A DNA stretch of 64,000 nucleotides from a virus. The translations under genes were made by a program, and so were the position numbers. Location of the stretch: positions 1-64,000 of the IMG/VR virus record IMGVR_UViG_3300022752_000026; one strand, 5' to 3'. Under the pieces are notes generated by a model that ran no database searches, had not been told where the DNA came from, and worked only from the letters and a program-made list of their open reading frames with translations. Shown here piece by piece: positions 8,919-18,770 of this stretch (positions within the stretch are counted from its first letter, which is position 1; the number at the start of each line of letters is the position of its first letter).

Positions 8919-9389
8919 TTAGTCAGTTACCTTTACTGAAGTTCCTGCGAAGAGACGCTTGATTAGTTCCGCGTCATCAACCCGCACAGAAGTTTCATCG
9001 CAAGGGCAGAATTCTGCGAGCGCCCTGCGTGTTCCATGACTCAACCAACCCGGCTGGTCTTCATAACCACCATCAAACCCAAGTTGATAAAGTCTTTCTT
9101 GTACCAAATAAACAGAACGAGAGTTTCGTGAAATTGCCTCAAACTTCAGACTAGACAACAAAACAACTTCGTCATCTGCAAAAGTATCTGGCGCTGCCGC
9201 TGCAAACTTTTTACTTTTTGCTGGCTTTTCTTCCGGCACAACAACCGGCACATCTGCAACAACTTCTGGAGTTGTGAAGATTGCTGGTTCTGGTTCTGGC
9301 TCAACTACGATTGACTCCACCGCAACAGGCTCAATTACTGGTTCGTAATAAGGCTGTGGGTCTGGAGTTACGACATCATCATTGTTCAT
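8919..9389 (-). CDS. Acidic Pro-rich protein with a C-terminal peptidoglycan-binding-like domain
   Basis: SRSVYLVQERLYQLGF...PGWLSHGTRRALAEF fits the PG_binding_1 three-helix pattern; coupled to the transglycosylase gene. Confidence 0.6.
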   Translation of the reverse strand: MNNDDVVTPDPQPYYEPVIEPVAVESIVVEPEPEPAIFTTPEVVADVPVVVPEEKPAKSKKFAAAAPDTFADDEVVLLSSLKFEAISRNSRSVYLVQERLYQLGFDGGYEDQPGWLSHGTRRALAEFCPCDETSVRVDDAELIKRLFAGTSVKVTD

Positions 9390-9994
9390 TGTGAAAATCC
9401 TTCTGGGAAGAGTTGATACCAATGCTGAAATCTTACCTCATCACGATTAGTGTAAGGGGCTGAAATCTTCCAAGAAGTCCAATCCTCCCCACCATTACTC
9501 ATGTGATACGCAATCTCAGCGTTGATTACTGGGTCAAACAAATCTTTGTTTGAGTCTAGGTCATACTTGTCTCGGCGCACTACACCAAGACCACCAATCA
9601 TGTTGATTTGGAAGATGCCATAGGAAGAGTCGCCTGTCCGTGTGTTGCCATTGAAAGCAAGGGGGCGACCATTGGATTCTTTCTTCACGACAGCCCACGC
9701 AGTTCTGAGAGCCTTGCCCTCAAAGCCAACCGCAGAGAGCAGTTGTGCGAGTTCTACATCGGAGAACGGGGTTTTCTTTACTGAGAACTTCTTTAGTTGA
9801 AGTTCGGCTAGTTTTGCTTTTTGTGCTTCTATTTCTGCCTCTACAGCCTTTTGAGTTATAGCCTCTTTAGCCTGAAGTTTGGCAACATTTTCTATTCCTG
9901 AAGTTTGGGCAAAAGCCGAGACGACAGACAGAAAAGTTACTGACAATGCCACCGCAGTTATTTTTTCAATGGCTTTGTTAGTAGGTTTTAGCAT
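9386..9994 (-). CDS. Secreted lytic transglycosylase (SLT/lysozyme-like)
   Basis: N-terminal signal/TM segment; AWAVVKKES (catalytic Glu), SYGIFQIN, LFDPVINA and GEDWTSW motifs. Confidence 0.85.
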   Translation of the reverse strand: MLKPTNKAIEKITAVALSVTFLSVVSAFAQTSGIENVAKLQAKEAITQKAVEAEIEAQKAKLAELQLKKFSVKKTPFSDVELAQLLSAVGFEGKALRTAWAVVKKESNGRPLAFNGNTRTGDSSYGIFQINMIGGLGVVRRDKYDLDSNKDLFDPVINAEIAYHMSNGGEDWTSWKISAPYTNRDEVRFQHWYQLFPEGFSQ

Positions 9995-10223
9995 TGATTT
10001 TCCTTTGTTAGGGGACAGGGACAGGTGCTGTGGGAGCCACCTTTATCGGCGTCAAATACCCGCCTTATTCCCCCCGCTGTGGGGAGATGGTTGTGTTACA
10101 ACCTTTCTTTCTAATGCTTCCTTATGTCTAGGTCGCTATGTCTTACTGGATTACCTTAGCACAGAAAAGTCAGACAAGTGGCGATTTCGGGGGTGAAAGT
10201 CGCCACTTTGTCTAACCCGCGTC

Positions 10224-10685
10224 TTACTTCCCGAAAGCCTGTCGGCAGACCGGACCAAGACCTAACTCACGACTTGTTTCGTCTGTGAGTTCAGCACCAC
10301 ACTTGGCACAGCAAGAGTAGTGAACAGCGAACAACTTGGCATACTTGTATGGGTCGCCAAGCAAAACACGCACAAAAGCGAGCGTATCTTCGGGTGCTGG
10401 CTTGATACGAGAGAAGCCTCCGTATGCGCCAAGCAGACGGCGAAGGTATGTGGTCTTCTTGAACTCACGAATTTCAACGAAGACAAGGTCATTATCAACA
10501 GGTTGAACCATGTAATCACCCATAAGTTCATTTGTTGGTATGGCGTATTTAGATTTAGGAAGTTTAGAAAGTGCCTCATAAAGTTCCTTCCAATTGAACT
10601 TTAGGGCTGGATTTGCGACAGGCGCAACAACCGCAGGTGCGGGAGCAGGGTTCTCACCAAAGAGAACCAATTGTTGTGTGGTCAT
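10224..10685 (-). CDS. DUF6011-like zinc-binding protein
   Basis: C-terminal CCAKCGAELTDETSRELGLGPVC. Confidence 0.75.
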   Translation of the reverse strand: MTTQQLVLFGENPAPAPAVVAPVANPALKFNWKELYEALSKLPKSKYAIPTNELMGDYMVQPVDNDLVFVEIREFKKTTYLRRLLGAYGGFSRIKPAPEDTLAFVRVLLGDPYKYAKLFAVHYSCCAKCGAELTDETSRELGLGPVCRQAFGK

Positions 10686-10804
10686 TGTGTGACCCCCTTT
10701 CAAGACAGAACAATACTACAATCCAAAATAAAAGTCAAGACGACACGCAGTAAGAAGCCCCCCACAAGAGGAAGGTATGTGGAGGGCTTTGCCTTGAACT
10801 TTGT

Positions 10805-10957
10805 CTAGCGTTCCCTGCTTGCGAGCGTCGCGCTCGTCAAAGCCGAGAATCCTAGGGCGATAGTCCAAGGAACTGAATTCTGCCATGCCGCGAGAAAAGA
10901 CGCAAGTCCGAAGACTAACGCTCCTACCGCAGTCCAAACTACATTGAGGTTATTCAT
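10805..10957 (-). CDS. Small two-TM membrane protein
   Basis: MNNLNVVWTAVGALVFGLASFLAAW...; start overlaps the stop of the upstream HTH gene. Confidence 0.65.
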   Translation of the reverse strand: MNNLNVVWTAVGALVFGLASFLAAWQNSVPWTIALGFSALTSATLASRER

Positions 10958-11160
10958 TGAGTCGTCTTCTTCCTTTTGGGGCTTGTGCGTCCTTTGACGC
11001 GGGCTGATGGGTCTCGCAGAGGTGTTCCGCGACTTTTGATTGCCTTGCGAGCGCAACGATACGAAACCTTTAGTTCGCTTGCCACACTCTCAATAGACAA
11101 CCCCTCCGCATAAAGGCGGGAGGCGTCATCAGCAATTCTTTTACTTTTTGTTGAACTCAC
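10954..11160 (-). CDS. Small HTH DNA-binding protein
   Basis: LYAEGLSIESVASELKVSYRCARKAIKSRGTPLR. Confidence 0.8.
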   Translation of the reverse strand: MSSTKSKRIADDASRLYAEGLSIESVASELKVSYRCARKAIKSRGTPLRDPSARVKGRTSPKRKKTTQ

Positions 11161-11165
11161 GACTT

Positions 11166-11639
11166 TTACTCCTCGTCATAAGGTCTTTGTTTTGCTCCCA
11201 TGATTACTTCAGGGTCTAAACCTTTTGACCGCAACCACTCCTTGTTCTCAGGGTCTTGGGGGTCATTGACTACATGACGACCCTCGTTCCATGTGAAGAA
11301 AGATGTCGTGCCCTCAGGAAGAACCCAGAGGTGATACTGATTTGAGGTATCAACAAGTTGGCTTTCGGGTGGGAAGATTTCTACTGCCTCTCGTTCCGCG
11401 CCCGCGAGTTCGTTCTTGATACGCTGGAAGTGTCTCCAGTCTCTAATCGCCTTTCGTTCGTTGTGGCGAATAGAAAGATGGATACCACTCTTGTCCCCTA
11501 GTTCGGGTTCAAGTATGTGCTTGATGACTGTATAGAACTTGTTTTTCCAGATAGTTTGATTAGGGTCAAGTGTTACCTCGTGCCCATTTACAACCGCAGT
11601 TGCTTCTACAAACTTATCCCATGTTGGCTTGTTCGTCAT
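11166..11639 (-). CDS. Conserved phage hypothetical protein
   Basis: HLSIR...DWRHFQRIKNELAG...EAVEIFPPESQLVD...YHLW, a widespread phage motif. Confidence 0.75.
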   Translation of the reverse strand: MTNKPTWDKFVEATAVVNGHEVTLDPNQTIWKNKFYTVIKHILEPELGDKSGIHLSIRHNERKAIRDWRHFQRIKNELAGAEREAVEIFPPESQLVDTSNQYHLWVLPEGTTSFFTWNEGRHVVNDPQDPENKEWLRSKGLDPEVIMGAKQRPYDEE

Positions 11640-13031
11640 ACTTTTGGATTGTCCTTTATCTTTTTCACAATGCGATACACCGCATAAGCCACAACACCTG
11701 CGATTAGTGCTGGTGTATAGACGGATACATTGAAGAAGTTAGATGAAACCTCAATCCACTCAAACTGGCACTTGAAGTCGCAATTTGCCTCCGCAATAAC
11801 TTGTGTAGTTTCCATTAGTTCACCTCCTCTGCTATTTGGTTATACATCTCTGTGGCAGAAACATTTGACGGGAATTCAATAAGACTCATACCTTCTCCGG
11901 CAACTAAGAAAAGTGCCGACTCAACCGCATCATAGAGTTCTCTTTTTGCTTCAGGGTCTAATTCGTTGGAAACACTATCATCATCAAGACCTAAACTGTA
12001 GAACTCGTTGGTAAGTGCTTCTCTTAGTTGGAATTGCTTTTCTGGGCTATCTGTTTCTTGCGCCCAACTAAGAGTTAGACCGCAGGAAGCGAGCGCATCT
12101 AAAACTAAAAAGGTAGATACTGGCTCCTTCAACTCGTTAGATAACGAGTCAGTAAACTCTTCAACTAAATCCGCATAGACATTTGTCTCTCTGTCTGTCA
12201 TTTTCTTTCTCCAACTACTTTTTCCCATTCCAACTCAACCAACTCTTGGCGTAGTTGTTTGTTCTCCCGCATCAACTTCCCGTAGGCGTTGATGGAAACT
12301 ACCATCACGAAGCATGAACCTGCGAGCGCGATAATGATTGCGAATAATGTTCCTGTGTCTAAAACCATTTTTACTTTTTCCCTCCTAGTGATGGAAGCGG
12401 AAGATTTCTAACATACTCCCTCCGCGCTTCTCTTGTTGGCAAAGCGTCTCGTTCTGCTAACTGCTCCTGCGTCATGTATGTGAACTTCAATAAGAAATCC
12501 GCAAAGTCGTTATCTGAAATGACCGCAAGGTCTTGTCCAAACTTTCCTTTGTTCATTACTTCCCCTCTCCAAAATAACAAGTAATCATGTCTCCCCAGCA
12601 ATAACCCTCTTCGCCACCGACCCACCATAGGTTTCCTGAAACCTGAAGCAAGCCCCACACAAGCGCACCTGCGAGCGCGAGAGCGATAACAAACGCAACT
12701 CGTCTGCGTTGTATGTATTTCTTTTCCATCTTCATTACTATTGCCATCTTCTTAGCCCTTTCTCTAAGTTTGACTCCTTTGAGCCAATAAGATAATAATA
12801 CCAACTTCCCTGACTTTTTTCAACTTACCTGACTTTCGGCGTGTCGCCCGCAGAAAGATAGATGGGGGTGCTTTTTACTTTTTGGTTAGCACTTTCTTCC
12901 TCCACGCAACCCCACTCCACATAAGCGCACTTGTCCCAATAACAACGGGTAGCAAAGCACATCTCATCACCGCAGGGGCAATCTATCCACTTAGCGTCCG
13001 CATCACACTTGGAGCAAGTGGTCGCTTCCAT
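11636..13031 (-). other. Run of coupled small early genes (11636-11815, 11815-12201, 12198-12368, 12371-12556, 12556-~12747, 12825-13031)
   Basis: Overlapping stop/start codons and GGAG/GGGG RBS; several are single-TM or Cys-rich proteins. Confidence 0.65.
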
Positions 13032-13579
13032 TACTCGCCCTTAGCGGGTAGGGATAGCAACCACTTCTCAAAGGTTGAGTTGAACAAAGCGTAGTCGCTT
13101 CGCTTGTCTCGGATTAGGCAGATTGCTTCTTCCGCAGAGTAGCCCTCTTTCATAAGAACCAATGCCATGATTAGCCCTGAACGATTGAGACCTGCTTGGC
13201 AACGAATAAGAACTTTCTTACCCGACTTCCAATCTTCGTGAGCAATCCGCACAATTTGGAATAACTCCTTGAAGTCAATCCCACTCATGTTCGGGCTATC
13301 GTAAAACGGATAGCGTATTTCTTTTACTAGCCAATCCGCAGGGTTTGCGTATTGGTAGGCAGTAATTACTGTATCAAAGTCTTCTTTAGTAATCTGCGCT
13401 CCCTCACGCTTGCTCTCCCAAATTGTGTCGTCATCATCTGTTCCACCTTGAAAAAGGTTTGGTAAGACTTCACTCCACAATTCATTAGGGTAGTCAATCG
13501 CTTCGTATTGAGGCGCGATACCTAAGTCGTCAATGTCGTCTATCTCTGTCCATGTTGTCTTCGTCATTTTTTCCTCCAT
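13031..13579 (-). CDS. Dual-specificity/protein-tyrosine phosphatase family protein
   Basis: GKKVLIRCQAGLNRSG is the CX5R active site; followed by AEEAICLIRDKR. Confidence 0.9.
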   Translation of the reverse strand: MEEKMTKTTWTEIDDIDDLGIAPQYEAIDYPNELWSEVLPNLFQGGTDDDDTIWESKREGAQITKEDFDTVITAYQYANPADWLVKEIRYPFYDSPNMSGIDFKELFQIVRIAHEDWKSGKKVLIRCQAGLNRSGLIMALVLMKEGYSAEEAICLIRDKRSDYALFNSTFEKWLLSLPAKGE

Positions 13580-13591
13580 TTCCTTATTTTA

Positions 13592-13753
13592 TCATTTTGT
13601 TTTTGTTTTGGCAAATCCTAATACCGCATTAGCAATAGCGTTCCAGAAATCTGCTTCTCTCTGATACTGCGCCCTTGACTTGTAAGTAGCCTTAGGCTTA
13701 CGGCGCATACGCTTGTATGTTCCGACTATTGCGCTATCTGGTAAATACTTCAT
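13592..13753 (-). CDS. 53 aa basic peptide, ADFWN family copy 2, leaderless (not in ORF track)
   Basis: MKYLPDSAIVGTYKRMRRKPKATYKSRAQYQREADFWNAIANAVLGFAKTKTK; promoter TTGACT-17-TATACT ends 6 nt before the ATG. Confidence 0.85.
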   Translation of the reverse strand: MKYLPDSAIVGTYKRMRRKPKATYKSRAQYQREADFWNAIANAVLGFAKTKTK

Positions 13754-13759
13754 AACTGA

Positions 13760-13788
13760 AGTATAGCACTTTCTTTTAGAAAAGTCAA
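13760..13788 (-). promoter_or_regulatory. Early promoter (representative of many minus-strand copies)
   Basis: TTGACT-17-TATACT. Similar promoters at 10710-10738, 14021-14049, 14490-14518, 14923-14951, 15504-15532, 15868-15895, 16465-16493, ~18735-18762, ~27555-27583 and ~29868-29896. Confidence 0.8.
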
Positions 13789-13789
13789 A

Positions 13790-13999
13790 TCAAGCCTTAG
13801 GCTTGCGTGGCTTGCGTTTCTTGGGCTGACGCTTGGCATACTCTTTTTGGGCATACCAACCCGCACCAAAGAACAACAAGAAACTTAGAGCGTTGGCTGA
13901 AATAAGCGCAGTAATAACTATGACCGCAAGCGCGACCCATAGCAACTTCTTATAGATAGCCCACTCTTTAGGGTATGGCTTGAATACATACTTGAACAT
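13790..13999 (-). CDS. Small two-TM membrane protein with basic tail
   Basis: Hydrophobic core; has its own promoter and AAAGGGG RBS. Confidence 0.7.
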   Translation of the reverse strand: MFKYVFKPYPKEWAIYKKLLWVALAVIVITALISANALSFLLFFGAGWYAQKEYAKRQPKKRKPRKPKA

Positions 14000-14246
14000 A
14001 ATTTCCCCTTTCTTGACCTAAGGATAACATCTATCCGCATAAAAGTCAAATTATAAAAAAGAGACATAACTCACAGAAAAAATGTCCGATTTGTCTTTAC
14101 ATGTTTTGAGCCAAGGTTTTTGGCATCTACGAACAAATTAAGTTGTTCTTACCTGGAACCAGGCATTTGGTGATTTTTACTTTTTGCCTATGCGCTTTCC
14201 GGCAAAAAGAAAACCCCCGCTTACGCGAGGGCTTCCTAAAATCTAT

Positions 14247-14459
14247 TTAGTTTTTTACGAGAACCGCAGGGTCAAACCCTTTAGCGCACTCTCGCCCTAC
14301 TGCCCATAAACCTTGGGACTCCTGTGAGTCGCTGGCTGGGTGGAGTATGAACCCCGCATTAGATAGGTGGACGAACCATGGGTTCTTACCTACTGTGCGT
14401 CCGCATTGGCAACACGCATTATCGTTGAGACCATTTACCGCATCTCCGAAACTTAGCAT
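14247..14459 (-). CDS. Small zinc-binding hypothetical protein
   Basis: CCQCG...VGREC; has its own promoter and a terminator at about 14206-14235. Confidence 0.7.
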   Translation of the reverse strand: MLSFGDAVNGLNDNACCQCGRTVGKNPWFVHLSNAGFILHPASDSQESQGLWAVGRECAKGFDPAVLVKN

Positions 14460-14649
14460 TTATAACACCCCCTTTCTGCTAATACCCTAAGTATAACATA
14501 GCAGGGTTGAAAAGTCAAATCATGGCGTGTCGCATTGGAAGCAAACGGGTTCTCCATTTACTTCGTTCATACAACCACTATCAAAGTTCTCCTCGCACTT
14601 TACGCAGTAGCAAGGGTCGTCCTCTACCACATGAGTATTCAAGCAAGAC

Positions 14650-14891
14650 TTACAAAACTTCGCAGTCGTGTCCATACGCCCACTCCTCTGCGTCTATCTC
14701 ATTGAGTAGGTTGAATACTCGTCCGCACTCAACACACTTGGCTTTAGTTGTTATTTCCATGGTGAGTGAACCACCTCGTTGTCGTATCCGCACTTTACGC
14801 AAGTGAACCAATAAGTTGAACCATCATCTTGAAAATCTTCGTTCTCTGCCTCGCACTCATCTGCCTCACATAGAACCACATACTTAGCCAT
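14650..14891 (-). other. Two tiny Cys-rich ORFs (14751-14891 and 14650-14760)
   Basis: MAKYVVLCEADEC...CVKCG and MEITTKAKCVECGRVF...GHDC, behind a TTGCAT/TATAAT promoter. Confidence 0.6.
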
Positions 14892-15111
14892 GTCTTTCCC
14901 CTTTCGTTGGCTTGTTGGTGTAATTATAACAAACGCTTTTTAGAAATGCAAGTCGTGTCGCAAAGTTGTTTTTATGTCCAGCACCGCCGCCGCAGCAAGC
15001 GAGCGCGAAGATGCAGGTTTTTACTTTTTGCTAATGCAGTGGGTCCGGCAAACTTCCGAACAACAAAAAAGACGCGGGGGTTAGTCCGCGCCTTTCTTGT
15101 GGGAAATCTAT

Positions 15112-15480
15112 TTAGTTGTATAGCGCACCGAATAGGTAGGCAGTTGGAATTACTTGTGAGTTATACGCCAACCACTTCTCTACCTGCTCGTCAGTCAGTC
15201 CTAGCGTGTAGCCCTCTTCATCGCTTCCGCCAGTAATGATTACATTGCCGAGAATAGGATTACCTGCTTTCCATGTCTCCGCATAGATAGCCGACCCGTG
15301 TAGGTTTAGTGGCAAGCCCTCTGCTATGCCATTTTCATTTACCCACATGTCTGTGTTCTCGTCAATTCCAACGCACTCTATCATTCCGCCAACCGCGTCA
15401 GATAAAGTCTTGTAAGAAGTTTCGTTAGTAAATTCAACAACGGACTTCTCACCACTTGTTGTGATTATGACTGCTTTCAT
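15112..15480 (-). CDS. DUF3846-like protein
   Basis: LSDAVGGMIECV...MWVNENG...LPLNLHGS...ILGNVIITG. Confidence 0.75.
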   Translation of the reverse strand: MKAVIITTSGEKSVVEFTNETSYKTLSDAVGGMIECVGIDENTDMWVNENGIAEGLPLNLHGSAIYAETWKAGNPILGNVIITGGSDEEGYTLGLTDEQVEKWLAYNSQVIPTAYLFGALYN

Positions 15481-15597
15481 AGTGTCCCCCCTTTCTTTCT
15501 CTAAGTATAACACCGCAGTAAATAAAAGTCAAGTATCTATAAAAAGAAAACTCCCCCGCGCCAAACCAAACGCGAGGGAGTCTCCCACCCGACCCGA

Positions 15598-15837
15598 TTA
15601 GGCTACGAGCACCACTTCGTAGCCTCTTGTAAGTTTAGAACTCACCTTGTCGTTAGCGTATGACTTGGCGAGGAATGGATAAGCAAAAGTCTTGACTTGC
15701 TTTGCTTGTGGAGCGACTTCTTCAGCCTTTCCCCACATTGTAATAACCTTGTTATCTTCAACGATAACCTGATAAATCTTCTTGAGACCGGCATTTCCGC
15801 GTTCTCCGTCAGACTTCTTGACGAGTATCCACTTCAT
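15598..15837 (-). CDS. Stand-alone WGR-domain protein
   Basis: KKIYQVIV...VITMWGKA...KLTRGY. Confidence 0.7.
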   Translation of the reverse strand: MKWILVKKSDGERGNAGLKKIYQVIVEDNKVITMWGKAEEVAPQAKQVKTFAYPFLAKSYANDKVSSKLTRGYEVVLVA

Positions 15838-16114
15838 TGTTTTCCCCTTTCTGAAGTTGATAGGAGTATTTTACCAGTTTGCTAGGGGAAGTCAAGTCCA
15901 AATAGGTATTTCCGTAGTGTGTTCTCTATCACATTTTTTTACCCTATCACAAGAAGAACCCTTTGGCACTTCTTCCGCAAGTTGTTCGTTCTCTCCAGAC
16001 AGCCGGGTCCAGAGCCGGTGGCAAAAAGTAAAAACTCGCTCTTCTGAGCCGGACATCAGAATAACTTGTACATGAAAAAACCCCGGCTCTTCAGCCGGGG
16101 CTTCTCCAGATAAC

Positions 16115-16360
16115 TTATCTATCTAGGCGAAGTATCCGCACTAGGTCGCCGGCAGATAACTCCCAGCCGGAATCAGTCTTGCGAGCGCAAGCGGGGTGTG
16201 GCTCTATGTCCGCAGGTAAAGTAATTACTGCGTCATAGTCTTCCTCTAGATACGCTTCCCATGCTTGGATTGCGGGCTTAGCGTAGTCAAGTGGCAGAGG
16301 TGGGTAGAAATTACCGCGTAGGTGCATTTCCATTTGGATTTCTTTAGATAGTGTGTCCAT
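16115..16360 (-). CDS. Hypothetical protein
   Basis: HLRGNFYPPLP motif; has its own promoter, structured leader and terminator at about 16075-16103. Confidence 0.7.
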   Translation of the reverse strand: MDTLSKEIQMEMHLRGNFYPPLPLDYAKPAIQAWEAYLEEDYDAVITLPADIEPHPACARKTDSGWELSAGDLVRILRLDR

Positions 16361-16600
16361 GCGTTCCCTTTCTTTAGGTTCAGTAGGGGAGTCGTATTGT
16401 TTCCGACCCCCTAGGTTTCAGGTCGTTCAGGTGTCCAGCGACTTGCCCCCTACTGAATAACTGAAGTATAGCAACCCTAGAAAGAAAAGTCAAGTAGTGT
16501 CGTTCAGGAAATAGCGTACGCATAAATACTTGCGAACAACTTTTTGATTTGCAGTGGGTCCGGCTCCAGAAGATTGCGTGCCGGAGATTTTTACTTTTTG

Positions 16601-17173
16601 CTAATGCGTCCCGAAGTGTTGAACCATCACATAGACCGGTGGTGAAGTGTTAGGGTCAAGGCGAGAAGCAATAGTTACTGCTTGCCTTGCTAATGTCTTG
16701 GCAGTTCCCAGAGTCCGCTTGCGTGTTTCCAGCGTAGCAAGTAACGCTCCTTGTGCGTAACCTCCGCCAGACCCGATTGTATAAACTCCCGACTCATCTC
16801 TAGCCCAAGAGAAATCCTCGCCTATCTCGTAGATAGTACCGTTGATAGCAACAATGATTTGGCTCTCATGCTCGCCATCTTTAGAGTATGAGTTGTCCTC
16901 AAAACACTTTTTCATTTCAGGTATGAAGTTCATGGTCATAAACTTATCCAGCCTCACGCCATAAGCGGTTGGAGCAATAGTAGGTGGCTTGAATACATAC
17001 GCCATCAGATTGACGGCTCTCATGTCTCCTGCTACACCAATGAGATACTCGCCATTTTTTATTACCTTGCCGTTGTCTTTCGGTAAAGAATAAATCTTAT
17101 TGTCTTCAGTAACACGACTATCGTATGCCAGTACAGCCCAGTTCTCGCCCTGAACGGCGGCGATTGTAGTCAT
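16601..17173 (-). CDS. Proteasome-beta/HslV-like Ntn threonine peptidase
   Basis: M-TTIAAV (N-terminal Thr nucleophile), AYDSRVT, GK, IGVAGD and TIGSGGGYAQGAL. Confidence 0.85.
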   Translation of the reverse strand: MTTIAAVQGENWAVLAYDSRVTEDNKIYSLPKDNGKVIKNGEYLIGVAGDMRAVNLMAYVFKPPTIAPTAYGVRLDKFMTMNFIPEMKKCFEDNSYSKDGEHESQIIVAINGTIYEIGEDFSWARDESGVYTIGSGGGYAQGALLATLETRKRTLGTAKTLARQAVTIASRLDPNTSPPVYVMVQHFGTH

Positions 17174-17205
17174 CGTACTGCTCCCTGTCGGTTTTTACTT
17201 TTTGC

Positions 17206-18703
17206 CTAGCCTACGAAATCTTCCCAGAGTTCTTCTCTAAGTTGTTCGTATTTCTCTCCGTTATGCCCGTTGAAACGATTTGAGATGTCCTCGTCTCGGA
17301 GAAGATAGTCTAACGAAAGGACGGCAACGCACCCCTCCTCGCCAAACATAATCACAAGTTTCGTGTCGCCATCATCAGGGTTATCCACAATGGAAGCAAT
17401 AAAGGGTGAAGCCCCTCCGTTAGGGTGGTAGTCCTTAGACACTATTCGCATGGCAAAAAGAGTAGCGTGCCGAAATAGTATCAGTAGTTAGTAGAAAGTC
17501 AAGAAAAAAGAGACACCACTCCCTTTGGACAGGAGCAAAGGAGAGTGGCGGAGCGACAGGGGAAAGGGTATTACCCGTGCTCTATGTCGCCACCCGAAAG
17601 GGGGGGAGGTAGCGACAATACTGTTTTTACAGGATTAGATTTTATCAACAATCTCAATGGGCACTACGACTTCGGCAGATAAAATCTCGCCAGCAGAAGT
17701 CTTACGAACAAACCGCCCTTTGGGATTATCAAGGTTGAGAACAATCTTTGTGCGCCTCTTACCGACAACGGAAGCAGTCTCACCGCGTAGATAAGAAGTT
17801 CCGCACCTGTCGTTTAGCCGAACCCTATCTCCTACGGAAAAGTCTTCAACCTTTTTGTTAGCACCAATGACCATCAGCCTTGCGTCAATAAGTTTTCTTA
17901 GGTCGTGAAGTTGTCTGTCCATGTCGCCATTTTCAACTTTGTCCGAGATGGCAACATACAAGTCTAAGTTGTTAGTCGTTATCATCTTCTTCTCCATCTA
18001 CAATGCCAATGTCGTTTGATACAGACGCAACATCAAATCCATAGTATTCGTTGATAAATACACTAGCAACGCGAACCGCAAAGTCCTCATCACTCTCACC
18101 ATCTTGTCTCAACTTCTCGTCAAGAACAACTGTGGTCATAAGCGTGAAGTAATCACCAACGAACATTACTGTTCGTGAAAGATTTATCTCGTCCATTTTT
18201 ACTTTTTCCTTAGCAACTCATGGTGGAGACAACATGGGACAAGTAATCATCATAGGCGTCAGCGTTGCGATAAAACTCGCCATCACCTTGATAGGGATTT
18301 ACCCACTCTTGCTTGGCTTCGTCCCAAATAGTTCCATCAGGAAACCGCGCCTCTTCGCTATCAACATCATGCGACCATACGCCTGTCTCATCATCAAACT
18401 TTAGTATGTAGTGGTGTTCAGCCATTAGAGTCCCTCCTCCTCTGTTGCTTTTTGTATGTGTTCAGCAATCATGTCGGGGTCGCACCCAGCAGACACCAAC
18501 ATCTTGCGCCACAAGGTCATAGCACCAAACTTTTTATCCATAAGGAAGAACAACTCTTCCATGTCCAACTCTTGACCGCGTTCGTTCCTGTTATGTCTGC
18601 GTTCAATCTTTTCGTCCAGCATAGTAATAAAAATGCCGAGCGACATAGTGAGCATGGATACTTCTTCTTCAGTTACTTGTACTTCTACTAAATCGTTAGC
18701 CAT
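17206..18703 (-). other. Five small acidic early proteins (17206-17451, 17635-17997, 17972-18196, 18210-18425, 18425-18703)
   Basis: ORF track, RBS and coupling. 17635-17997 has an SH3/KOW-like FSVGDRVRL segment. Confidence 0.65.
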
Positions 18704-18770
18704 TTGCTAACCCCTTTCTTTACCCTTGTCTTTATTATACAGGACTTGACCCCCAAAGTCAAATCCTTTT

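Noticed and set aside
9995-10150. c-di-AMP (ydaO) riboswitch
   Set aside because: The conserved GCTGAATCC, GGGGAACC and GTCAGCTAAC-type segments are not visible. Kept only as an unknown structured leader.
16379-16457. Hammerhead ribozyme
   Set aside because: CTGAACGA and GAAAC are present but do not fit the CUGANGA core spacing or junction geometry.
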